DNA of 64,000 bases from Paraphysomonas bandaiensis (GCA_965644295.1 CBFFRP010000455.1:43724-107723); one strand, 5' to 3'; counted from the first letter of the stretch, positions 10,341 through 23,714 are shown. The notes: generated by a model not told the origin, from the letters alone. Numbers and translations: made by a program.

Positions 10341-11189
10341 TGCAAGAATCTTTTAATTGGACAACAACCTACTTGATATGGCATTTTGCCTTGTTTGTAT
10401 TATACGCTGAAACGAATAAATAATGTTGAGCTTTTACATAAAACATACTGTGGCAGAATACTTCTGATCAGTAATTTATTCATCTCAAACAACATAACTT
10501 TCCATAGTTGGATACGTAAAATACTAAAAAGCCACATAAATATAATTTGAGTACAGATGTGAACAGGGTAAACGCTTCGAAATAAGTGTTTGCCGTAGAA
10601 TATACACTGCGAAGTTGAATAGATTCCACAGCAAGGGGGCAATCTATCAGAATGGTATCGTAAATAATAAACTTGCATTCCAACAATACTATTGGAATAC
10701 TCCTCTAACCAACCCAACCACACTATTGCAATATAATTGTCATTTATTGCAGTGTAGAGTGTAGAGTATAGTGATAATATTAATCAGTAACTAATCAAGC
10801 TGGAGTCAATTACAATGCAATTGCAATTATGATTTGCTGTCCCAATTCAATTACTGTAATTTCGAAAGTACAAGTTAATTAAATACTAATAATTGAAAAT
10901 CAATTAACTGATAGGCGGCCTTTATATGTTTACTTTTAGTTGTATTCATTAAAACGTGTTATATCTGATCTCGTTGAGAGAGACATCTTACTACCAGCAC
11001 CTGTGTTCAATTTCACAAAGGTTACCGGTGTTCTCGTTGCCACGAATTACACAAGTATGTAGTATGCGCAGATTCTAGAAATACCATATTTATCTTTCCC
11101 CTTCTGACAATGTTTACATGGGGGCTCCTGTATCCATGTATGACCCATGTACCATGTTGGTGTAGGCCTAGCAAGGCTTTGACTTCTGC

Positions 11190-11460
11190 TTACTATTAGG
11201 ATTCATCTTAATAAAAGATATTATATGTGAAATATAATGCCCAATAAAATAAATCATGAACTGGATTAATAAAAGTATCTGTTCAAAATACTTAACCGTC
11301 ATCGTAATGATCGTCATTGTCAGTTATACTTCTAACTATACCGTTGTGTGTGATTGTTATGTTCTGCATTATTATTCGCCTTTTTCTACAATACTGTGTT
11401 CATCACTTTACGCTCTAATAATCGCAACATTGTTCTTACTATTACTAAGCTTAAATCAAC
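11190..11460 (+). repeat. Dispersed repeat family D
   Basis: Direct similarity to 6600-6850 and 25129-25210. Confidence 0.75.
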
Positions 11461-11837
11461 TTTCTTACTTTACCCCCAGAATACACTGTGTTTCTCGTAA
11501 TCATATATAGTATAGGGTATAGGGTATAGGTATAATTGAACATGCGTTGTTCTGCCTTGGCATTTCGCACGCAAAGAATACGTTGGGATGCATATTGTAA
11601 AGAAAAGTGAAAGAATTTTCTTTGATTTTCATCACTGTTTTGTGTGTATTCAGTACAACTTCTCTCTATACTAGGGCACGCCATCAGAATATGGCAACCA
11701 GTAATCTTTTACACGACAGGGCATAAAGGTGAAGCTGTACTTTCGCCACCATGTTCTGATCACTCTGTTTAGACTAAGCGAAACTCAATACATATAAACA
11801 AACAGTTGTAAACCGTGATAAACTTCACTTAAATTAA

Positions 11838-12518
11838 TTAAGACAACCCCATATTAGAGTTATCATTCGACTCTGCGACTTGCGCATCTACGTCCTGAGA
11901 ACTACTCTCACTATTCTGTCCACCTTCCGAACTCTCTCTTTCGTACTCTTCTTTTAAGGACATCATGAAATCAGCCAAAGCATTCCTTCTAACTGCACAT
12001 GCAAGCCATACATCTGCATGAACCAGTGCGCCAGTATCGAGCATTTTTTGCACAGCATTTCTTGTTTCTTCAGTCGTTGATGGCCCTAAAGACTGAATAC
12101 TCTCTGTGATATCTTTGGGATCCACAAACGGTGTATCCACTGCATCTAATGATCCATTAGAAAAAGTCGGCATTGCATTTCTCTTATGCAATTCACGTAA
12201 TAGATCCAAATCAGTCTGTAGTCCTGTGTCAGGTGATGCTAATCGTCTAGCTAATAATAATATTAAACATCTTCCATTTCCTGCTTGTAAACCTTCTATA
12301 AATAATTCAGGTAATAATAAATCAGTGGCTTGTATCGGTTGATTGGCTCGTTGACGTGTTGATGAGGCTGTAAGGGGCATATCTGGTGAGCATTTTAATA
12401 GTAATGAGTGTCTTTCTTCAGTGGATTTCATTAAGTAATATAAACTGAATTGTTTGCATGTGGATCTCCACCAATGAACAAGTTGATCATGTTTTTCGGA
12501 TTGAAGGATTGAAGTCAT
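11838..12518 (-). CDS. Hypothetical protein (~226 aa)
   Basis: Protein-like ORF from MTSILQSEKHDQLVHWW. The upstream extension in the ORF track is TA-repeat-derived. No family recognised. Confidence 0.7.
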   Translation of the reverse strand: MTSILQSEKHDQLVHWWRSTCKQFSLYYLMKSTEERHSLLLKCSPDMPLTASSTRQRANQPIQATDLLLPELFIEGLQAGNGRCLILLLARRLASPDTGLQTDLDLLRELHKRNAMPTFSNGSLDAVDTPFVDPKDITESIQSLGPSTTEETRNAVQKMLDTGALVHADVWLACAVRRNALADFMMSLKEEYERESSEGGQNSESSSQDVDAQVAESNDNSNMGLS

Positions 12519-13107
12519 ATTAGGATTAGGGGAAGAGGATATGTATGTGTTATATGGATGGCTCATACATGTATATATATAGCTATATATAGAGCCCACT
12601 GTGGAGTATATATGTACTATACGCGGTATACTCTACTGCTGTACTGGTATATGTATATGCGAAGAATATGTATCAGAATATGTATGTACTTCGTATACAG
12701 ACCACACACATACAGTATCCCATCCGCATATCTGATATCTGATATCTGATAGAATATATACTACGTACAGTATAATACAGTATAACATTTCTGTAATATA
12801 TTCTGTAGCAGTGTTCAAAAGCACCTAAAAAAGCAGGTAAATATTGCACAAATATTAGAAAAACACAAAAAAATATGTTTTTTTTCCAACTAAAAAATAG
12901 ACAATTTAGTATCAATAAAGCAGTCCATATTTCCTGTATAGAGTAGATGTATTCTTCTCTAGTATCTCCTATGCAGTACACTGCTGTATCTGTATATGGA
13001 ACGTTTTCTAGTAGTATAGAGCTTGACGATATAAGATGCTGTTAACGTTAATATTATAACTATATGTATATATAACATAGAAGGGAATATCTAATAGATA
13101 AACTATC

Positions 13108-16100
13108 ATGTTATCTGGTCGAGTAGATCATATGGATTCTAGTGATGATGAATATAATTCAAATACATCTCAAAAATCTTTTATTACAAAAAAATCATTG
13201 AATTCAACAGAAAAATTATTTAATTATAAGAAAAAACCTGTAGATCATATGAGAGGACCCAATAAAAGGGGACCCTATAGAACAAATGAAGGGGCTGTTC
13301 AATATATGATACAAGAACGTCAAGCAATGGATACAGAAAATGCAGCATTAAGGGCAGAGAATGAAGCATTAAGACAGAGATTAGAATTACAGAGACAATT
13401 ATCTTCACATGATGATAGAGATACAAGTGTATACGCAGATAGTATGTATACAGAGGACCGTATACATGAGGATCCTATAGACGGATATACTGCTCATAGG
13501 AATACTGTATATAACGATAGGGACAATTCACATACGGACACTTCACACACTTCTCATATGGATTACCCGCATAGGGGCACTTCTCATAAGGATTATACAC
13601 AGGAAGGCTCTTCTCATAAGGATTACCCGCATAGGGACACTTCACACACTTCTCATAAGGATTATACACAGGAAGGCTCTTCTCATATGGATTCTACGTA
13701 CAACTCACCTATCGATTCATCTCATACGGATTATACGTATATACCTTCTAGTAACCAACACAATCATGTCTCCTCTACACCACACTCTACATACACATAC
13801 ATTATACCAGAAGCCATAGAATATGACTCGAAATCCATCTCTCCTGATCCAATCACACACTCTTCTTACATTCCCACACAATCCAACCCACAAATCATAT
13901 CAAATACACACTCAAATCACTTTATATCACCATCCACAAATAAAACCCATTCAAATCATATTATCTCGAAATCACACAGTCTTCCAGTCACTCATTCTAT
14001 TAAAACTAACCCTCCTGACACAGTCACACGTGTACCTCGCCTTAACTTGTCTCCAAACAGCTCCAATAGTCTCCCTACTGCCCATAGTGTACATAGTCTT
14101 AACAATACCTCTACTCATCATTCCTTTAAGTCTTCAACTGAACCTCTTCACTACTCAGGATTACCGAAAATATTACTAGAAGGGACAGTTATGTGGAAGT
14201 TACCTCTACGTGGTCGTACTCTAGCCGAACAGAGACTTGTGCGTATTAAGAAGGCAGATTCTGGAGCTGGTCCGAGATCGAAAGCTGTCCCTGTGGTGTC
14301 TGATGATATGCAGGAAGGCATCGCTCATATTGCGTTTCCACCCGTTATCACGTGGTGTAGTCCAGACAAAAGCCATGACCACAGCGTAGCTAGGGAGCTC
14401 TCCTTGGACGAAGTAATACGGATCGAAGAAGGGCGTCAAACCCCAGCCTTTTTAAGAAGTATCAAGAAAGGTAAGTACCATGAAATGTTTTGTTGCTTTG
14501 AAGGACATATTTGTGGAATGCACTTGTAGGCATTCAGTTACTGAACTCCATGTGTAGGTTACCCTGTGCCTCCGGAACCTCTCTGCTTCTCTCTGATTGG
14601 CTCGTCGCGCACATTGGATTTAGCCGCGGAAGACCTAGAGATTGCTTTATTATGGAAGACCGCCCTTCAAGAAATTTTGGTGATGCTATCATCACACCCA
14701 GACTGGGCCGTGCGCTCACTCCGCAAGAAGAGCTCATGGTGGCCTATCACTGGCAGTGGAAAGGATAGTCAAAGAGATCTCCAGCGCACTCAGTTCCAGA
14801 GAGAGTCATCTGGCAGTAGCAATGAAGAGAGTGCTGAAGTAAGTGCGTACCACCAGGCCTCCGAGACAGCCCGAGAAAGGGCGCAGCGTGACCGAGTCAT
14901 CAGTGCTACCCGGAGTGGGAACTATCAAGCTCTTGAGGTTCTTTTAAATGAAGGTGCAGAGGTAGACTCCGTAGACCCTATCTTACAAGATACCCCCCTT
15001 ATGATCGCATGTTCCCTGGGTATGGAGGACATTGCTGAACTCTGTGTGGCACATAAGGCGCAGCTAGATCTACAGGTGAATGGGGGCCCGAGTCCATTGC
15101 ACTGTGCAGTGGGGAGTGGATCGAAGGAATGCGCTTTGCTTCTTCTACAGTCTGCGGAGAGTATGGGAGAGGGTGTAGTGGATATTCTCTTGAGTCAGCG
15201 CAATATAGAGGGGATGACTGCGCTTCATCTTGCCGCGGTAGAGGGAGACTCAAATATGATATCCCTTCTTCTCTCGTATGGGGCTGACATATCTAAAACT
15301 GATGGGAAGCAACTGACTGTGCTTCATCATTGTTCTACTCATGGGCACCATACTTCTCTTGCCGCTCTTCTGGACGCCGGTGGGGATGTGTGTATCGACT
15401 CTGTAGACAAAGAGGGGAACACAGCTCTTCACTATGCTGCATATGCCGGTCATTTGGAGTGTGCCCGAATCCTTCTTGAGACCGCTGCTAATCCTGTGGT
15501 GAGGAATAACAAGGGTATGACACCCTACAGACAAGCCAGTGCACAAAATCATAGCGCTGTGTGTGAGCTTCTACTGGAGTTTACCAATCCCAGTCGTGTC
15601 GTCGCACAGCGGCAGATATCAAAGAGAACAGCGTCCTCGAGCCCATTGCGCGATTCATCGCAGTATCTTGTTAGTCCTGCCCGCGAGTCTACGGGTACTA
15701 GAAGCTGGAAGAACGAGAAGCTTGAGGGGTCACCGTCTGCTGCCAAGAAATCAAGACCGCAGAGTGCTTCGCCGGGAATGACTGTGGAAAGGCAACCTGC
15801 AGCACCATCCCCCCCCCACCAGCAGCGCAAGAACCTTCATTACCTTAACCACGGTGTTCTTCCCCGCTCTAGCAGCGATACAACACCTCCTCGAACTGTG
15901 CGTATACTGTCGAGGTATGGTAATATATAGTTATTTCACATATTTTGACGCGGCATGGGATTTTTGTTTTTAGTGAGGATGTCGATGAATCAAGTCCTCG
16001 GAGAATGAACGATATGTTTAAAGGTATACACGTTTTGCGGAAATAAAACTATAGTGACATCTCACATCACGCGCAGGGTTGCTTGTGAACGATAGATCAA

Positions 16101-17344
16101 AAGAATCGGAATACAGTAGCTCCTATCAATACGGAGATGACGAACAAACTCCCTATCAGGAAGACTACCCGAAGAGTGGGGTATATGACAATACCGAGGT
16201 TGGCTCCTATAACCAAAGCCAACACCAGGGGGAGACTGAGTATCCTCTCTATGCGACGGGGGAAGAAAACACAGCCGTCCCAAACTACTCTGCGGACCAC
16301 GACGCTAGTTACCCAGAATATGGAGAGCACTACACTGAGTTGGAGCAGGATTCGTACGGTGGGTTTGGACAACCAGTGGAAGAAGCGGAGTATGATAACG
16401 TTCACGGTGGCGCGGACTATACCGACGACCCACACTCTCTGGAAGAGTTTTTCTGGGCAGATGTAGAATGGAAAGTGTACCAGACAGAAGAAGGCGACCG
16501 GTATTACGTTGAAGTTGCATCGGGTCATAGCCAGTGGGAGGACCCACGTACCTGCGGCTTCGTCGTTCAGCATGCGGAAGACGAACCATGTGCAGGGGAG
16601 GAATTGACCGAGAGCGTGCAGGAGTCAGTCATTACCCCCGAAAGCACCAGAAGCTTCAGGAGGCCAAAAATTGCCCGATCCCCATTGAAGCGTACTCCAG
16701 CTAAAGAGCTACCTGGAAGTGGAGAAAAGCGAACGCCCGGATCGGTGCACCGCTCTCAGATTCCCGCCCCCTATTCCAGCAGTGAAGACGAAGTTGTGAT
16801 TAGGCAGATACGCCGTGGACCACGGAGATTGCCTACTGACCATCGTCAGCAGAGCAGCCCACTGTACGAAGAAGGAAGTGGGATTGGATCGCCTGACGAC
16901 CAGAGCGTGCCTGGACCACCTGTTAGTATCATTGAGAGTTCTCCGACTTCGACAGCTAAGAAAACGAAGAAAAAAATCCTGCTTGTAGAGTCGGATAACG
17001 ACGTTTCTACTGGGGAAAAGTCTCGTGGAAGTTGCTTTTCACCCGACCACTCATCTCGACTGAGGGCGGCTGATTTACGGAAGAAGCTGCCCTTCTCCAC
17101 CCCAACAAGTGTTTCTTCAAAGAAAGAAGGCTTCAAACCATCTGCATGGTATGATGATGACGATGATGTTGAAGATGGATATTATCCAGGAAACCAACAA
17201 TACAGTGAGGGTGAGGAGAGTGCACAGGGTGGGAGGGCACCCAGTAGATACGCTAATGAAGATCGACGTCTGAAAGGTACAGACAAAGTTTTCACTGAGA
17301 AAGAAGGATCATATGGAAATGGCGGGAATGTGTTTATGATATAA
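13108..17344 (+). CDS. PH + ankyrin-repeat + WW domain protein; exons 13108-14470, 14558-15914, 15974-16023, 16077-17344
   Basis: Frame-consistent GT-AG joins. PLC-type PH motifs RIEEGRQTPAF/CFSLIGSSRTLDLAA; several TPLMIAC/TALHLAA/TALHYAA ankyrins; WW motif WKVYQTEEGDRYYVEVASGHSQWEDP; N-terminal coiled coil and SHKDY repeats. Confidence 0.85.
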
Positions 17345-17938
17345 TGTTCGTTATCGCTGTGTTTTAATGTCATCTAGTTTGGTATGAATTTAATGTAGAC
17401 CTCTTGTTTATAATAGCTACTGGTTGTAGAAAAGAGACAGTTTATTTTGTGATATAATATTTACAATTAAACACTTGATAATATAGCTATAAATGGAGTG
17501 AAATTATATAACAGAATATAAAACACAAGTAAGACACAGGACAGCAATGCAATTTACAATAATTGAGAGAGTAAAAAAATGCCTACCATGCTGAATCTTG
17601 ACTAGCTATTTGTTGTGAATGTCTGATTACTAGCAATGTGTGTTACATAAATTTATGGAACAAATAAAATGTAGCGCCATCAATGTGATCTTAATGACAA
17701 ACACTAACAATGGAATCTACTGATGTGCTTACTTACTGATTAGTCACACTAATATGTTGCAATATATTGTAATTGTATTGTTGGGCCTGTTTAATATCTC
17801 CATCAGATGAATTGCTATGTAACAATAGTATTGCAGTATCATTGCAATATATTGTTTCCTAGTCCTGATGCATATGCACACTAAAATCTACAATCTTAAA
17901 ATCAGAACACACATTCCTTACATAAAATGTATATATTA

Positions 17939-18805
17939 TTAGTTATAGGTTATTCGGCCACACGTACACGTTTCCGAACAATCAAACCCATATTCTTCCC
18001 GAAGGAAATTCTGTGCATCGTCAAAATTAGAGCTGTGGAAAGCACGCAGCTTCGTGTAATCCAGCAGTAATTCTTCGTCCTCTGACATATCCTTTAGGGC
18101 TACTACATTAAGTACCATACCAGTAAATTTGCACTCAACATTGGGTTCACAGGAATGGTTAATATAGCTGGGCCAGTCGTATAGAGCAATAGCACCTGGA
18201 ACATTCGGTATTTCAATAGCATTGAGACAGCATGCACCCAACGTATTCGTATACCAATCCGCATTTATAATCTGAGTGGCTTCTTTCACATCAATAGAAT
18301 ATAACTTCGATTGAAGTTCAGATGTTTCTTCTGCAAACTCTTCACGGTCTTCATCAGTTACAGTTGGCCGGGCTAAGGTACCTAAGACTACAGACGTATT
18401 CTGATACCCCCTACGCTTCTCAATACATGCCCGATAAGCTAATTTTGTTAGTAATCCATCGAATGGTCCTGAAGCACTGGAGTCTCTTAGACGAACTATT
18501 GAGGTATGACTGTCTTTAAGTATAGTATAGAGTTCCGGGTCGTCCGTACAGGCCGAACATGGTCCTAATTTATTACTACGAAAACAATGATTACATGACC
18601 GGTCTAGACGACCAGGGAACTTCCTTCCTGGCCATGCAGCTAAAGGAGGTGCAGAGGCAATTGTTTCTCCGGCGGACACAGAGCGGGAGAGGGACACTCC
18701 GGTCATGTCGATAAGCCTCCGGCCTCTACCGACTTTACTTCTACAGGCCTGTATACCCTCTGCATGGAATATTACACGATTGATGAATGATAAGACCTCT
18801 GACAT
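17939..18805 (-). CDS. SET-domain (SMYD-like) lysine methyltransferase, 288 aa
   Basis: Real start MSEVLSF lies just below the microsatellite. GRGRRL, CNHC..CSAC, YINHSCEPN, ELLLDY and post-SET FDC..CTC motifs. Confidence 0.85.
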   Translation of the reverse strand: MSEVLSFINRVIFHAEGIQACRSKVGRGRRLIDMTGVSLSRSVSAGETIASAPPLAAWPGRKFPGRLDRSCNHCFRSNKLGPCSACTDDPELYTILKDSHTSIVRLRDSSASGPFDGLLTKLAYRACIEKRRGYQNTSVVLGTLARPTVTDEDREEFAEETSELQSKLYSIDVKEATQIINADWYTNTLGACCLNAIEIPNVPGAIALYDWPSYINHSCEPNVECKFTGMVLNVVALKDMSEDEELLLDYTKLRAFHSSNFDDAQNFLREEYGFDCSETCTCGRITYN

Positions 18806-18850
18806 GATACGATGATAAGAGCAATACAATAATAAGAATAATACACACAT

Positions 18851-18853
18851 ATA

Positions 18854-18889
<36 letters not shown>

Positions 18890-20851
18890 TGTATGTATGT
18901 ATGTATGTATGTATGTATGTATGTATGTATGTATGTATGTATGTATGTATGTATGTATGTATGTATGTATGTATGTATGTATGTATGTATGTATGTATGT
19001 ATGTATGTATGTATGTATGTATGTATGTATGTATGTATGTATGTATGTATGTATGTATGTATGTATGTATGTATGTATGTATGTATGTATGTATGTATGT
19101 ATGTATGTATGTATGTATGTATGTATGTATGTATGTATGTATGTATGTATGTATGTATGTATGTATGTATGTATGTATGTATGTATGTATGTATGTATGT
19201 ATGTATGTATGTATGTATGTATGTATGTATGTATGTATGTATGTATGTATGTATGTATGTATGTATGTATGTATGTATGTATGTATGTATGTATGTATGT
19301 ATGTATGTATGTATGTATGTATGTATGTATGTATGTATGTATGTATGTATGTATGTATGTATGTATGTATGTATGTATGTATGTATGTATGTATGTATGT
19401 ATGTATGTATGTATGTATGTATGTATGTATGTATGTATGTATGTATGTATGTATGTATGTATGTATGTATGTATGTATGTATGTATGTATGTATGTATGT
19501 ATGTATGTATGTATGCATGCATGTACGTATGCATGTATGCATGTACGTATGTATGCATGTATGTATGCATGTACGTATGCATGTACGTATGTATGTATGC
19601 ATGTACGTACGTATGTACGTACGTATGCATGTACGTACGTACGTATGTACGTACGTATGCATGTACGTATGCATGTACGTACGTACGTACGTATGTACGT
19701 ATGTATGTACGTATGCATGCATGTATGTACGTATGTACGTATGCATGTACGTACGTACGCATGTATGCATGTACGTATGTATGCATGTACGTACGTATGC
19801 ATGCATGTATGTATGCATGTACGTACGTATGCATGTATGTACGTATGTACGTATGCATGCATGCATGTATGCATGCATGCATGCATGTACGTACGTATGC
19901 ATGTATGTATGTACGTATGCATGTATGCATGTATGTATGTATGTATGTATGCATGTATGTATGTATGCATGTACGTATGTATGTATGTATGTATGCATGT
20001 ATGCATGTATGCATGTATGAATGTATGAATTTATGTATGTATGTATGTATGTATGTATGTATGTATGCATGTATGTATGTATGTATGTATGTATGTATGT
20101 ATGTATGTATGTATGTATGTATGTATGTATGTATGTATGTATGTATGTATGTATGTATGTATGTATGTATGTATGTATGTATGTATGTATGTATGTATGT
20201 ATGTATGTATGTATGTATGTATGTATGTATGTATGTATGTATGTATGTATGTATGTATGTATGTATGTATGTATGTATGTATGTATGTATGTATGTATGT
20301 ATGTATGTATGTATGTATGTATGTATGTATGTATGTATGTATGTATGTATGTATGTATGTATGTATGTATGTATGTATGTATGTATGTATGTATGTATGT
20401 ATGTATGTATGTATGTATGTATGTATGTATGTATGTATGTATGTATGTATGTATGTATGTATGTATGTATGTATGTATGTATGTATGTATGTATGTATGT
20501 ATGTATGTATGTATGTATGTATGTATGTATGTATGTATGTATGTATGTATGTATGTATGTATGTATGTATGTATGTATGTATGTATGTATGTATGTATGT
20601 ATGTATGTATGTATGTATGTATGTATGTATGTATGTATGTATGTATGTATGTATGTATGTATGTATGTATGTATGTATGTATGTATGTATGTATGTATGT
20701 ATGTATGTATGTATGTATGTATGTATGTATGTATGTATGTATGTATGTATGTATGTATGTATGTATGTATGTATGTATGTATGTATGTATGTATGTATGT
20801 ATGTATGTATGTATGTATGTATGTATGTATGTATGTATGTATGTATGTATG
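18851..20851. repeat. ~2-kb (TATG)n microsatellite with a variant core (TATG/CATG/TACG) at ~19515-20035
   Basis: Directly visible. It fills almost the whole gap between two divergent start codons (18805 and 20912). Confidence 0.98.
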
Positions 20852-20911
20852 CAGGCAGGTCATATCAATTCTGTCTCTCGACTCTTATAGGCATCAAGTA
20901 ATATCATTACC

Positions 20912-22399
20912 ATGCGTAGTAGTTCACACGACAGGGAGTATGATGTGGTGGTGTGGGGGGCCTCAGGATACACAGGTACCTCTCTCTATATGTATATATA
21001 TGTGTGTGTATGTATACATGTATATATGGATATGTCTGTATGTATATGCGTGTAGCTGTATATATGTATAGCTCTATATGTATGTGTGTATATATGTATA
21101 TGTACAGTATATATAGAGTATATATAGAGGTATACACACACATACATACATACATACATACTCATACTCACACTCATATTACTATAAGGCCAGCTATGCG
21201 TACAATATCTCGCCCAACAGTACGGAACATCTGGGTCCCTACGATGGGCACTTGCTGGTCGGTCTATTAGTAAGCTCAATGCAGTCAAACAACAGATCAT
21301 CACCAGCTGTACGGTCGATCCGGATGAAATCCATATCTTAGTGGGAGATATTAATAACCAGGAGAGTATTAGAGACATTGCATCCAAAACGAAAGTGATC
21401 ATGTCCACTGCTGGACCATTTGCTAAGATCGGAACGCCAATTGTTGATGCATGTGTTGCATGTAGTACGAACTATGTAGATATCACTGGTGAAGGGCCAT
21501 GGATCCGGGGTATAATCGATAACTACCACAATAAGGCAATGCAGAAGGGAATTAAAGTCATACCTTGTTGTGGGTTTGACTGTATTCCAACGGATATGGG
21601 ATGCAGGATGATGATTGATGAGATGGTTCTACGCGGACTTTCCCCTCGAGAGGTTCGTTCCACTGTAGTGAGTATTCGAGGCAATGGCAGTGGGGGAACG
21701 ATTGCTTCTGTCATGAATATTTTTGAGTCTTGCTCACTCCGCCAACTGGCAGAGTCAATGAATCCATTTTTTTTGTCGAACCGAGAGGACGATGGAAGCT
21801 TGGATCAACCGCCTTTAGGTGTCCGCCTTGCTGCAGCTGATAAGATTCTTCCCGACTACGACTCTATTCTAAAGACATGGTGTACACCGTTCGTGATGCA
21901 GGCGATAGACACACGTGTAGTAAATCGGTCCAATGTCTTATCTGGGTGGAAGTACGGACGGGGGTTCATATACAGTGAGCGAATGGCTGTCCCCTTCATT
22001 TTCGCTGTTGGTGCCGCGCTGGTGACCCCATTCGCAGCCTTTCTGTTGTTCTTTTCTTTTACCCGAAATCTTCTGGGCTACTTTCTACCAAAACCTGGGC
22101 AGGGTCCCACACCTGAGGAGCGTGAAAAAGGATACTTTCACTTAAAGTTTTGGGGAAAAGGAGTGGACAACGCTGGAAATATGACTTTGGTACGGGGTGG
22201 ATTAGACGCCCCCAATGGAGATCCTGGATATAAACAGACAGCTGTCATGGTGTGTGAAGCTGCTGCTTGCTTGGCTCTAGATGACGAAAACAGCCCGAAG
22301 ATCTACGGAGTATTAACACCGAGCACTGGGCTTGGCAATCCTCTCATGAAAAGGCTCCGACAACGTGACATAGAGTTTTATGTTAATGATGAAAACTAG
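20912..22399 (+). CDS. Saccharopine dehydrogenase-like oxidoreductase (SCCPDH family); exons 20912-20975, 21189-22399
   Basis: REYDVVVWGASGYTG|QLCVQYL...WALAGRS, STAGPFAKIGTPIVDAC, YVDITGE, CGFDCIPTDMG, DPGYKQTA, GVLTP. The 213-nt intron is TA/TG-rich. Confidence 0.92.
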
Positions 22400-22797
22400 T
22401 TCGAATGCCTGAAAACTCTGCTACGGGCAGTGCGTATAATAATCACTTTACATCTATTCGCAGATATACGGTTTTGTGTTTTTCCTTATTTACATGTTTA
22501 TTGCTTCGCTTGTCATACGCCTACTGCCCTTACAGTTACATATCGAATATATAGTGTAAAATGCAATTTCAAGACACTGTTTTAAGTTTACGCAGCACTA
22601 TACCAGAGAAAATCTGAACTTTAATATACATATACACAGTCAATATATATCAGTTTAGCTTAGCTATATAACAGCATATCATCAGATTTCATAGAACACT
22701 AACCTTTGAATACAGATTTTAATTGCCCAAAATTTCAATTATACTCAACACTGAGCTCGACGCTAAACAAGTAAGGCGCTTGCAATCTTGCAACAAT

Positions 22798-22885
22798 ACA
22801 CACCGCCGGATTGTTATGATTATAATACTTGAAGTAGCTTTTTATACGTATCAACATATCAACTATGAACAGGAGGAATATCTAT
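22798..22885 (+). repeat. Dispersed repeat, also at 25293-25378
   Basis: ACACCGCCGGATT...TATACGTATCAACATATCAACTATGAACAGGA is shared between the two loci. Confidence 0.75.
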
Positions 22886-23095
22886 AATAATTAACACACT
22901 GTGACTGTCTAAGGTACCATCTCACACCATACAATATATTTGTGGCTTACAGAGCATCGGTGAATCGCATGTGTACAATTGATGGCTAGAGTATGCTCCC
23001 ATGTTCGAGTGAAAATTTTTATTTTTAACTAAGTGAATATCCTAAAACACCTAGTCACCTTAGTCATTGCAAACATGAATTATTAAATGACTTAT

Positions 23096-23246
23096 GCTGA
23101 TGTAACACAACCACGGTCTCAATAGAGACATTGAGTTTAGAGCTAGCTAAAAAGGTGTAATTTTATCTTATACTGGTGAAGTTACACCTTTTTAGCTCGC
23201 ACCAAGCTCAATGTCTCTATTGAGACCGTGGTTGTGTTACATCAGC
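23096..23246. repeat. 151-bp near-perfect palindrome (hairpin/MITE-like)
   Basis: GCTGATGTAACACAACCACGGTCTCAATAGAGACATTGAG (40 bp) is perfectly inverted at the right end, with an inner arm AGCTAAAAAGGTGTAA/TTACACCTTTTTAGCT. Confidence 0.9.
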
Positions 23247-23714
23247 GGGTCCAGGCTCAGATTGTCCTCTTCTCCCCAAGCAGGGCTGCATTTTGTATCA
23301 CACCACACTGCTGACAAATATCTTGTCTTACCATGTTGTACATGTTTTCAGTTCCATAACTTGGCCTTGCAACTACCCTCTTACCTAACGCCTTCAGTTA
23401 AACCACGTGCCTGCACCAATGCAGCGCTGTCAGCACTTATGTACAATCACCCAAGTAGACACCTTCGTCTAACACACCGCTCCACTTGCTTCCATGTACC
23501 TTCTCTGCAACCCCTGTCTCCTCTCGACACCTCTCCACTGCACAACAGAGCTATCTCCTGACGACAACCAAACCAACCCAACATGGCCTGTCTGCCAAGC
23601 AGAGTATGTTTGGACGAACACAGTATTCCGCATACAGTATACTCAGAGTGCTCGCAAATCTAAAAACCCAAGGTTTTCCCAAAAGGCTGGGGTTTCATGC
23701 CACAATACATACTG

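Noticed and set aside
10720-10910. TATTGCAAT-rich patches (also ~17750-17860) resembling the hAT MITE interior
   Set aside because: No TIR or TSD could be identified; the similarity is too weak.
18741-21071. Long HTYI/MYVC ORFs (also at 23.5-24.1, 26.6-27.3 and 51.7-52.3 kb)
   Set aside because: These are translations of a stop-free 4-bp microsatellite; the real starts of the flanking genes lie outside the arrays.
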